A stretch of DNA of 59,930 nt from an uncultured virus (IMG/VR IMGVR_UViG_3300038656_000077) (lineage: Duplodnaviria; Heunggongvirae; Uroviricota; Caudoviricetes). The notes under the pieces are model-generated. The model was not told the DNA's origin, did no database searches, and saw only the letters and a list, made by a program, of their open reading frames with translations. Below are positions 52,115 through 59,930 of this stretch, one piece after another. The position numbers were made by a program, and so were the translations under genes. The stretch lies in IMG/VR virus record IMGVR_UViG_3300038656_000077. One strand, written 5' to 3'. Numbering within the stretch: the stretch's first letter is position 1; the number at the start of each line of letters is the position of its first letter.

Positions 52115-53110
52115 TTATAATGTTTTGATAAATTCGTTTAACTCTTCTTCTATCAGTTTTATTTGCTTTTTGGATGTTTGATCTTTATTTTCAAAATCTG
52201 TTCTGACCATAAGACCTCTAAGAATTGTAAAAATATTCTTTTTATCTTTAGCGGTCACTCTGTCCTTAGATAACACCTCTTTTAATTCTTTTTTGTCCTT
52301 GCTAGATATTTCTTTGTTGTCGTAAATCCTCTCAAGTAAAGGTTTCTCTTCTACCTCTTCTTTTAAATCTTCTAAACCGTTGTAAGCCAATATATAGTTT
52401 ACATTGTTAAAGTCAAAAATAGGTTCCTTTTTAAGCTTTCTTATAATATTAAAAGTTGCGATTGTATCGTATGAGCAGTATCTGCCTATCCTTTCATATT
52501 CACTATTATAATAGGCTTTACCTACTTCGTCTCCTACTAAATCAACTTTGCTTATAGGTATCTGTAAAGCAGTACATAAAGCTTGCAGGGAGCTTCCTGG
52601 ACCTGTTCCTCCCATTCGCCACAATTCATTAGTGCACAGATTCTTTTGTTCCCAAGGTTTGAGATGGAGCGAGTCTAATACAATTGGTATGTCCAAACTG
52701 TTTATTACAAACCTTTTACATAAAAAAGGATAATCAAAATATTTAGAAGCATGTCCCGCTAACCGATAATCCGAGCTGACTGCCACCATGTTATTGAGAA
52801 CTATACCTAAACTTTCAAGAAGTTCTTTTTCATTCTCTCCATAAAATTCTTTACAGGTTAGATTATCATTGTTATCTAAGTATGTTAGGCTTACTGCGCA
52901 TACTTTAGAAAACTCTGCATAGAGACTAGATCTTTTTTCCCAAAAATCTTTTAACTCTTCTTGTTCGGGTATTTCTCCATCTTGTTTGTTTTTATACTCC
53001 CAAGCAGATTGGTAATCGTCACTTAAAGATTCAAATTCTTTTTCTATTCTGACTGTTTCTACGTCTATGCCTACTACTCTGTTTGTAGGTATTGTTTTTA
53101 GTAGTTTCAT
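52115..53110 (-). CDS. PolB-type 3'-5' exonuclease domain protein
   Basis: IDVET, GH...FDYPFL, YCSYDT. Confidence 0.85.
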   Translation of the reverse strand: MKLLKTIPTNRVVGIDVETVRIEKEFESLSDDYQSAWEYKNKQDGEIPEQEELKDFWEKRSSLYAEFSKVCAVSLTYLDNNDNLTCKEFYGENEKELLESLGIVLNNMVAVSSDYRLAGHASKYFDYPFLCKRFVINSLDIPIVLDSLHLKPWEQKNLCTNELWRMGGTGPGSSLQALCTALQIPISKVDLVGDEVGKAYYNSEYERIGRYCSYDTIATFNIIRKLKKEPIFDFNNVNYILAYNGLEDLKEEVEEKPLLERIYDNKEISSKDKKELKEVLSKDRVTAKDKKNIFTILRGLMVRTDFENKDQTSKKQIKLIEEELNEFIKTL

Positions 53111-53171
53111 TTTTTACACTTTAAAGTTATTAAAAGCGAACGGCTTTGTTATTGCACTTGTCCTTTGTTTT

Positions 53172-53291
53172 GTGAACTACCCGCCCACGGCAGATCCGAT
53201 GGGTTGAGCTTCAAGGGTCAACGCTCCGACTAATGTCGGCAACTTACCTTGATTTTTAAGACTATGTTCCGTAGTCAATATATTTTTTAAA
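53172..53291 (-). ncRNA. Stand-alone TnpB omega-RNA-like element / IS605 right end
   Basis: Colinear with 37762-37881 with compensatory stem changes; no tnpB ORF. Confidence 0.7.
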
Positions 53292-53412
53292 ATCGTGTTT
53301 AGTGATTGTGAAGCTCTTTTGGTGTCTGCACCGTTACCATTGACTTAGCTCTGCAGTAGCAGATTCGAGTACTTCATACATAATCACAAGGCTTTAGTTT
53401 CAACCTACACTA

Positions 53413-53763
53413 CTAATCTACTTTGCTCATCTTTAATTCTTCTAGTGGTACGGCTACACCGCTTTCAATGTTCTTACCGTGTTCTGTCATAATCTCGTAG
53501 TACAGTCTTAAGAAATATCTTCCTCTATCTGTATAATACGTTTTTGGTTTTCTGTTTTCGAGCGTTGCTTTGATGTCAGCCTGATCGTCTTCATCTTGAA
53601 TCTCTTCAAAAAACTCTTTACGTTCATCTTCCATAATGTCCATTAAGGACTTCTGCATTTGTGCGAATAGAAAACCGCTAACTTCTACAGCTTGATCTGG
53701 TTTGTAACCGAAATCAAATGGGTTTACACTTTCTAAATCTCTTTTTTCTTTTTTCTTACTCAT
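53413..53763 (-). CDS. Hypothetical protein
   Basis: 116 aa. Confidence 0.65.
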   Translation of the reverse strand: MSKKKEKRDLESVNPFDFGYKPDQAVEVSGFLFAQMQKSLMDIMEDERKEFFEEIQDEDDQADIKATLENRKPKTYYTDRGRYFLRLYYEIMTEHGKNIESGVAVPLEELKMSKVD

Positions 53764-53940
53764 TGGTTTTTAATTTTAAAATTTATTTGTTGATACAAAC
53801 TTAAGGTTTATTAATTGATTCACCAAACCTTTTAACATAACTTTTATATAGGTCAGTGGTAACCCTGAGCTTTTGTTTTTGATTAATGTTCAGTTTTCAA
53901 AAATAGCTTAATTAGGCTTATTTTTTAACGAACTTTATAA

Positions 53941-54171
53941 ATGGCGGGTCAAATACTACTATTTGAAAACTATTATCATCAAAAACCATATTTGTAAAAT
54001 CACCCACTACATCGGGCTTTACTACAAGCGTCCGCTTCGGATGGCTTTTATCTGGCTTTATTTGGTATGTCTCATTTCTTTTGTCGTGGTACAAAACCCT
54101 ATTATCGTTTTTATCAAACCAAAAGGCTCTGGTACTACAACAAACATCTAATACTTTTTTTCTTTATTCAT
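53941..54171 (-). pseudogene. SAM-dependent (DPP-type) methyltransferase fragment, cassette-borne
   Basis: VLDVCCSTRAFWFDK...GDFTNMVFDDNSFQIVVFDPP across frameshifts, truncated. Confidence 0.65.
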
Positions 54172-54204
54172 TCTATTTAATTTTTAAGTTTAATAATCCG
54201 TACT

Positions 54205-54580
54205 AATGCTAACACTGGTTATAGTGCATTTGCGAAAAGCAAACGACACCATACCCTTAACGTTAGGCTTTAATATTTTTGCCAATCATTGTTATCTAAG
54301 TCATAATCTGCCAACATCATACCATTACCTGTTGGGTTGTGACTTTCTATTACGACCTTTGTTTTTTCTACACCTCTTACAATACCTGTGTATCTACCAA
54401 AAGGGCTGTCCATATAAACCTTGTCAAAAAGACTAAAGCTAACAAAGTGTATATCACATTGCTTTTTATCGCTTAATTTCTTACCTTTTTCCATTTTATT
54501 TAGTTTATTAATTATTCAAAGTTTCTGTTTATTTACACGCAACTACTCATACACAATTACGTTACCTACAAGTGCTAAGT
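54205..54580 (-). mobile_element. Cassette cluster II (attC-like sites 54211-54264, 54441-54563)
   Basis: AAC..GTT hairpins; ORF 54270-54494 spans one arm. Confidence 0.7.
54270..54494 (-). CDS. Cassette ORF spanning the GTT arm
   Basis: KQCDIHFVSFSL. Confidence 0.65.
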   Translation of the reverse strand: MEKGKKLSDKKQCDIHFVSFSLFDKVYMDSPFGRYTGIVRGVEKTKVVIESHNPTGNGMMLADYDLDNNDWQKY

Positions 54581-54589
54581 CAGTAGGTA

Positions 54590-55168
54590 TTAATAATGCT
54601 TCTTCTTAAATTCTTCTGCCATTATATCTTTCATATTACCTTTGTAATATCGTGCTGTTTCAGGGTTGCTAATTTCATAACTACCTGAACCGTACTTTGG
54701 AATAATTAACCCGAAACTAAGGAAGTCAACACATAAGGAAATATTCTCTTCTCGTATTAAAAACTCTTCTTTAGTTAATCTAAGCATTTCATCTACGTTA
54801 TCACACATCTGAATATATTCATTGTACTTTTCGGTTATGGATTCCATTTTCTCAGGTGTAATACAATCTTTAATGTCAGGGTATTTTTGTATAGCTTCAA
54901 TTGTTTTTAACCAGTAACCGCCTATACGCTCTCTATCTCTAATTAGTCTATCCATTTCATAAGCTCTAAAATGTTTATCATCTTCCATTTTTTGCTGAAA
55001 TCTTAATGCAGGAGTATCAGTTTCAAACGAAACAAATTTGTTATCCACTATCCAATTCTTATCATCAATCTTTGTGATGTCACTTTTGTAATTACTTTTA
55101 CCACTTAATGTTTTTGAGAGTCCCCATCTCATTAATCCAAAAAATCCTATCATTGCTATTAGTTCCAT
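54590..55168 (-). CDS. Hypothetical protein with N-terminal TM (cassette-borne)
   Basis: Ends before GCACTTGTAGGTAAC, similar to the cassette end at 36706-36720. Confidence 0.65.
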   Translation of the reverse strand: MELIAMIGFFGLMRWGLSKTLSGKSNYKSDITKIDDKNWIVDNKFVSFETDTPALRFQQKMEDDKHFRAYEMDRLIRDRERIGGYWLKTIEAIQKYPDIKDCITPEKMESITEKYNEYIQMCDNVDEMLRLTKEEFLIREENISLCVDFLSFGLIIPKYGSGSYEISNPETARYYKGNMKDIMAEEFKKKHY

Positions 55169-55188
55169 ATTCTTAATTTTACTTGTTA

Positions 55189-55322
55189 GTGAACTACCCA
55201 CACACTAAAAAGATGTGTGGGCTTCGTAATCAAAGCGTGTACTAATGTACTACTTTAGCGATTGCAGGATTGTTCCTAATCCCGAAATTCATTATATTTT
55301 TACTCGCATTAATATCCCTATC
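55189..55322 (-). mobile_element. tnpB 3' remnant plus omega-RNA / right end
   Basis: DRDINASKNI remnant, GGAAC and ATTAG hairpins, GGGTAGTTCAC. Confidence 0.75.
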
Positions 55323-55591
55323 TTCTTGTTTCACAAAGCGTAATTTTTATTGTAGGGCGTCTACGATGCACCACTTTTAACTTAGTGGAGACGGCAATAC
55401 TTACAATTGCATTTTAAGCTTGTTTACCTAATCACTAACCCTCTAAGTGGTAGTGTTCGGGCTACGTCCCCGTTTAAAATTATAAGATTTCTAGGTTGGT
55501 TACTGTCTCACACAGCTTTTTCTTTATCATCTCACTAGAACGTAGTCTAAACTACTAGAGGTCTCATGAACCTCAGCTCTTATAATTTTTG

Positions 55592-55674
55592 TGGGTCGGG
55601 AGGAATTCGAATCCCCAACCTTGCGTACTCCAATAACATGTTTCAGCAGGCTCTTTCTTTTGAGCTACCGACCC
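55592..55674 (-). tRNA. tRNA-like gene with enlarged anticodon arm
   Basis: GGGTCGG/CCGACCC-A, TA GCTC..GAGC, AGGTT, GGGGA TTCGAAT TCCTC; 27-nt anticodon arm. Confidence 0.65.
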
Positions 55675-55742
55675 TTTAAAAACTGATGGAAAGTAATTTT
55701 TATCATATCTATTTAGTATAGGAACTTTCGTTATCAGTTTAG

Positions 55743-55812
55743 TGGAAGTAGTAGACTCGATACTACATCTTCGGCCGTTGGTGGTCGATGTCCTCAATTA
55801 GACGATACTTCC
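55743..55812 (-). tRNA. Degenerate tRNA-like gene
   Basis: GGAAGTA/TACTTCC-A, GTC..GAC D arm, TCGACC/GGCCGA stem, GTAG..TCGAGT CTAC. Confidence 0.5.
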
Positions 55813-55973
55813 AGTTAACGCTTGAGTGTTGGACGTTTATAATATCATTTGCTTTCGGTTTCCCTATTTCACACACCTAAGGTTTCCCTTCGGTAGATAT
55901 CATTAAGACAGTTTTAGAGTACTGCAACTCTTTTACCAAGGGTAGACTATAATATGTTCTAAAATCTTTCATA

Positions 55974-57269
55974 TTAAAATCCTAATCTTTCGGCCTTTCC
56001 TTTTAGTTTACTATCAATAGTAATACTAGCTAATTTGTCTTCTAGCACCTTATTATTTTCACTGATTTCTTCTATGATGCTTGGGATGTCAATAGGTTTA
56101 TCTAGTATCTCTGACTTGTTTTTTATCTCTTGCATTGTTTCAAATATAAATGCACCAGTTACTCCACTTTCTTTGAAGAATGTTACCAACCTTTCATCAG
56201 TTAGAGTTTCTATGTCTTTATCACTAACATTATTGTATTTCTTATTCATTGAGGTCAATGACTTCTTGATGATGTTTACGATATTGTCTTTAGTTAACTT
56301 ATCAAAGAATAAAACTTTGTTAAACCTTCCTGGCCTTTGGGCCGCTAAGTCAATTAAGTGTGGTGCGTTTGTACTCGCAATAACACCTACATTATCAGGT
56401 AATTTGTCAACACCATCCAATATGTCTAAGAACGAACCAAGAAGAGGGCTAACACCAGTCGAGTTTCTATCACCTAAATATAAATCTATATCATCTAATA
56501 TGATTATTGAAGGTGCTAACAGTTTCGCCAACTCAAATTTTTCATTGATTATTTTACAAATGTTAGTCTTGATTACTGTAACCCCATCCCTGTTCAAGAT
56601 ATTACTTACAGCTCTAGTGGATTCTGTTTTACCAGTACCTGGTACTCCACTAAACATAAACCTTTGTAAAACATTTTTAGTCTTAAACAGTTTAGTGTAA
56701 GTAAGTAATTCTTCCATCAAGTTTTCTGGTAGGAATACATCATCAAAATCTAAATTTTTAAGTTCTCTAACCTTCCAACTTAGGTTTTCATCTGATACTG
56801 TTAAGTAACTACCTTTAAGGTTGGAGCATTCAACTGCATTATTCCATACAACATTGTAGACTGATTCAGATTTTACTCTATCTACATTGACACTAGTAAG
56901 CCTTATTACATTATAGATTCCATTACCTTCTTTGAAAGCTACCATTACAAAGCTCACCCTATTACCGTTTATGTTGAATAGTGCAGTGTAATTAAATGTC
57001 AATGGCGGGAAATCGGGTAGATAATCTATAAATACATTATCATCATCTAATATACCCTCCATTTGGATGTCACCTTCGGATTCTTTATTAATTCTCCTAC
57101 TTGATAAGACATTGAAATAATTAAATAATATAGCCATTTTAGGTTTATTAACCTGTGAATAATATTGTAACTTAGATTCATAGTCATTCCCACCAACATT
57201 GTATTCGTATTGGTCCATTCGGATCTGAAACTCACTAATTTTTACGTCATTCATACTTTCGTTATACAT
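55974..57269 (-). CDS. AAA+ ATPase
   Basis: GVPGTGKT, ILDDID, STN, RPGRF. Confidence 0.88.
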   Translation of the reverse strand: MYNESMNDVKISEFQIRMDQYEYNVGGNDYESKLQYYSQVNKPKMAILFNYFNVLSSRRINKESEGDIQMEGILDDDNVFIDYLPDFPPLTFNYTALFNINGNRVSFVMVAFKEGNGIYNVIRLTSVNVDRVKSESVYNVVWNNAVECSNLKGSYLTVSDENLSWKVRELKNLDFDDVFLPENLMEELLTYTKLFKTKNVLQRFMFSGVPGTGKTESTRAVSNILNRDGVTVIKTNICKIINEKFELAKLLAPSIIILDDIDLYLGDRNSTGVSPLLGSFLDILDGVDKLPDNVGVIASTNAPHLIDLAAQRPGRFNKVLFFDKLTKDNIVNIIKKSLTSMNKKYNNVSDKDIETLTDERLVTFFKESGVTGAFIFETMQEIKNKSEILDKPIDIPSIIEEISENNKVLEDKLASITIDSKLKGKAERLGF

Positions 57270-57314
57270 ATTTTTGTTATCTATCTTTGTTTGTCAAATA
57301 TACAATTAATTTAT

Positions 57315-57983
57315 CTACAAACAAAGTATATTTTTTACTTTATTTAAAAGTTTTTTCTGTGTTTTATGTAAGGTCTTGTCACCGAAGCTGATATCTTCCC
57401 ACTTGATGCTATCGCATTCAGGTTCTGAATTATTGGTATCTGTGTTATGGAAGTAACTTGTACATTTTAAATCTAGGTCCATTGTTGATAGAGGTTTATC
57501 TATTCTAAATAAATGGCCATGTAGCATCTTACCGCCCCTATAATACCTAACTTTATCTAAATCTGTGTATTCAGTAGAATATTCAAATTTAGTCAAGTCT
57601 AGACCAGTTTCTTCCATTGTTTCTCTAATGGCTGCTTCTTTAGAAGAGGTTTCACCTTCGTTGAGCATTCCTTTGGGTATTGACCATGTGTTTTCTGAAT
57701 GATTGGTTGGATGAACAAGTAACATCTTACCTAGGCTATCAATTACGTAGGCACCATTAGTGGTTCTTTTCCTATCTCTCTTTTCCAACTCTTCAAAATG
57801 AGGGCCCCAAATGTCGTCTTCTTTATGATTATAGACGAGTTTCATGACCCAAGCATCTTCTACTTCAATCATACCGCACATATTACAGGCGTATTCTTCA
57901 TCATCGTAATACGCAATCTTTCCATCTTCACCTTTAACGATATGCATGTCCCTTAGGTCTATTATAACGTATTTATCTTTCAT
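57315..57983 (-). CDS. NUDIX hydrolase with unrelated N-terminal module
   Basis: WSIPKG...EAAIRETMEETG. Confidence 0.88.
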   Translation of the reverse strand: MKDKYVIIDLRDMHIVKGEDGKIAYYDDEEYACNMCGMIEVEDAWVMKLVYNHKEDDIWGPHFEELEKRDRKRTTNGAYVIDSLGKMLLVHPTNHSENTWSIPKGMLNEGETSSKEAAIRETMEETGLDLTKFEYSTEYTDLDKVRYYRGGKMLHGHLFRIDKPLSTMDLDLKCTSYFHNTDTNNSEPECDSIKWEDISFGDKTLHKTQKKLLNKVKNILCL

Positions 57984-58041
57984 ATTATAATTATTTATTC
58001 ACGCTACTAATCATACACAAATCAGTCGTAATAATATTTTT

Positions 58042-59004
58042 TTATTCCCTCGCTTTTTTCTTACTCATACTTTTAAAAATGTGGGTAATCATTCCAACTT
58101 CCCATCCATTACCAGTTGATTTTATGGTTTGGTTTAGGCTTATTTCATCACAGTAATTATCGGGTAGATTCATTAGTCTGCACCTTTCAATTTTAGTGTA
58201 ATTCCTGTAAGGTAGTTTTCTGTTAAAAGCGTCAGGGTGTCGCCCTATCTCCATTGTGGTTAAAACCGTGTCTTTTGCTACCGTAGTAAGGCAGTTACTT
58301 TTATCTCTGTTAGTTGCTCTTACTTCAAGGCATTGGGTTATCGGTACGGTTTTATCATAGTCTTGGCGTTTACCACGTTTATCTAATCTTCTTCCTAAAA
58401 TAGATGCTTTATTTAATCTTCTTCCACGTATCGCACTTGGTCCAATCATTTCGGTATGTTCCAATACATCTTCAAGTTTTATACCTTGGTCAGTTGGGTC
58501 GGTTATGTCAAAGTTTGCCCAGTATAATCTCACACGGTTTTGAGCAGAAGTTAAAGAACTATTATATTTTACAGGTTCAACGCCTAAATGTTGGCTTATT
58601 ACGTCTTGGTATTCTTGCTTCATTACTACGTTTTCAAGTAGCCAATATTTAGGTTTTACTTCTTCGATTAATCGTACAAATTCAAAAAATAATTTACTTC
58701 TCGGGTCATCAAAGTTTAATTGCTTACCACTAAAACTAAATCCTTGGCACGGGCTTCCACCCATCAATAAATCTATGTTTGGTAAGTCAGTACCTTTAAC
58801 TTTCGTTACATCACCAATTTGTATTGTATTGGGGTAATTGCTTTGTGTTACCTTAATAGCGTGTTTATCAATTTCAGAAGCAAAGTATTTGTTTACATCC
58901 ATTCCTGCACGTTCCAAAGCAACTTGTCCGCAACTTATTCCATCAAATAAAGATAGCACGTTAATTCCCTCCCTAAAAAAATAATTATTACTTTCGTTTT
59001 TCAT
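58042..59004 (-). CDS. DNA (cytosine-5) methyltransferase, cassette-borne
   Basis: LSLFDG, GGSPCQGFS, LENV, QNRVR, GNGW. Confidence 0.9.
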   Translation of the reverse strand: MKNESNNYFFREGINVLSLFDGISCGQVALERAGMDVNKYFASEIDKHAIKVTQSNYPNTIQIGDVTKVKGTDLPNIDLLMGGSPCQGFSFSGKQLNFDDPRSKLFFEFVRLIEEVKPKYWLLENVVMKQEYQDVISQHLGVEPVKYNSSLTSAQNRVRLYWANFDITDPTDQGIKLEDVLEHTEMIGPSAIRGRRLNKASILGRRLDKRGKRQDYDKTVPITQCLEVRATNRDKSNCLTTVAKDTVLTTMEIGRHPDAFNRKLPYRNYTKIERCRLMNLPDNYCDEISLNQTIKSTGNGWEVGMITHIFKSMSKKKARE

Positions 59005-59104
59005 ATTAAATTTCGTTTTTTAATTTACCGCACCAGATGGCTAACACGGTATAAAAGCCATTGAAAATAACGGCTCTTATACTAATCGTTAGGCACAATT
59101 TGAA

Positions 59105-59395
59105 CTACTCACCAATATAGTGGGTTTCAAAATCATGACCATCATCAACATTTTTCGTTTTATTTTCATCAAGATTAACTATTTCTCGTAAGTTTTTTAA
59201 TTTTACATCACCAATCTCCTTTTCGTGCATTTCTATATTTATTCCACCAGAGCCATCACCATCAATTTGTATCGGTAATAATCTGTTAGCACCAACATCA
59301 CCACAATATTGTATTTTTCTTAGTGCGATTAAGAAGTCTTTTAAATCTTCATCAGAGATTGCTGTAATCCGTAAGTCTATAAATTTTCTTTCCAT
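59105..59395 (-). CDS. Cassette-borne hypothetical protein
   Basis: DGDGSG motif; bounded by complementary ends. Confidence 0.7.
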   Translation of the reverse strand: MERKFIDLRITAISDEDLKDFLIALRKIQYCGDVGANRLLPIQIDGDGSGGINIEMHEKEIGDVKLKNLREIVNLDENKTKNVDDGHDFETHYIGE

Positions 59396-59538
59396 AATAT
59401 AAGTGTGCCTAACAATGGCTAAAGTTAATAGCCTCAATAGGTCTTGTTATAGTTTAATGATTAGTGATTAACGGCTACTAACCTTAGCCTAAACGTTAGG
59501 CACAATTAAAAAAGATGCCTAACAATGTATAAACCCAA

Positions 59539-59685
59539 TTAATTTTTAAGGTCTTTTGCTACTTCAATAGCTGTTTCTAATCCAATTTTTACACCTCTCC
59601 AATAAGTGTCGTTATCAACTTCAATAGGGTTTTCGCTAATTACTTTTTGCAATTGCTCTGTTAAGTTTTTTATTAATCGTTCCAT
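59539..59685 (-). CDS. 48-aa ORF wholly inside an attC-like interior
   Basis: MERLIKNL...KDLKN*. Confidence 0.55.
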   Translation of the reverse strand: MERLIKNLTEQLQKVISENPIEVDNDTYWRGVKIGLETAIEVAKDLKN

Positions 59686-59719
59686 ATTCTTAAAAATTTA
59701 CTGTGTTTATATTCGTTCG

Positions 59720-59929
59720 TTAACTACAATGCTTGAGATAGTTATCTAACAACCCTTTTATATTATCGGCACCAACAGGGTTTGCAGAGTGTACAAATAT
59801 TTTAGGCAATTTATTTTTATTGTCCATACAATAATCTACTAACCATTTAGCACAGTCCATACCTGTTTTCTCTTGGTAATTTTGACCACGCCACTCTTGA
59901 AACTTCTTACTTTCATCATAATTATTCCA
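59720..59929 (-). CDS. Cyclic-phosphate-processing receiver-like (cREC) protein, C-terminal part
   Basis: KTGMDCAKWLVDYC...VHSANPVGADNI; stop in GTTAAC. Confidence 0.65.
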   Translation of the reverse strand, partial: WNNYDESKKFQEWRGQNYQEKTGMDCAKWLVDYCMDNKNKLPKIFVHSANPVGADNIKGLLDNYLKHCS

Positions 59930-59930
59930 A

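Larger units (their letters stand above)
59036..59930 (-). mobile_element. Cassette cluster III (attC-like sites 59043-59090, 59411-59497, 59521-59721), continues off window
   Basis: GTTAGGCACA/TGTGCCTAAC cassette ends; 29-bp empty cassette at 59495-59523. Confidence 0.75.

Noticed and set aside
55573..55797. 74-aa minus-strand ORF
   Set aside because: Overlaps two tRNA-like structures and has a weak start; likely spurious.
56035..56700. 221-aa + strand ORF and similar antisense ORFs (e.g. 1379-1648, 31105-31530, 43902-44222)
   Set aside because: Shadow frames opposite well-supported genes.
424..59004. Stop-codon reassignment as in some crAss-like phages
   Set aside because: Long core genes are open in the standard code; internal stops occur only in decayed accessory genes.

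Overview
AT-rich segment of a large lytic tailed dsDNA phage of a Bacteroidota (probably Flavobacteriaceae) host. Host inference rests on TAnnTTTG-type promoters and the lack of Shine-Dalgarno sequences. Left to right: portal N-terminus and large terminase (minus strand); a recombination/auxiliary block (SF2 helicase, NinG, RecA, GroES, GIY-YIG, PhoH, DUF5664, SSB); a possible genome end near 15.3 kb; about 16 kb of small early-type genes with about 20 copies of a TTAAC-N6-TTAAC-N21/22-TAnnTTTG promoter; and, converging from the right on the minus strand, a replication/nucleotide block (ThyA, family A polymerase, primase-like, DnaB-like, MazG-like, nucleases, AAA, NUDIX, C5 methyltransferase). 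The main discovery is an integron-like gene-cassette system in a phage. About 16 attC-like hairpin sites (AAC...GTT) lie at 28.9-37.0 kb (+ genes) and at 54.2-54.6 and 59.0-59.9 kb (- genes). Cassette ends are complementary, the sites appear inverted relative to transcription, ORFs start inside the hairpin and read GTT as an in-frame Val, and one cassette holds only a tRNA-like RNA. No integrase is visible in the window. Also notable: a candidate sRNA antisense to the shared early-gene start motif, TnpB omega-RNA copies with covariation but no intact tnpB, a structured ncRNA candidate at 6.3 kb, and degenerate tRNAs. All calls are by eye; no searches were run.
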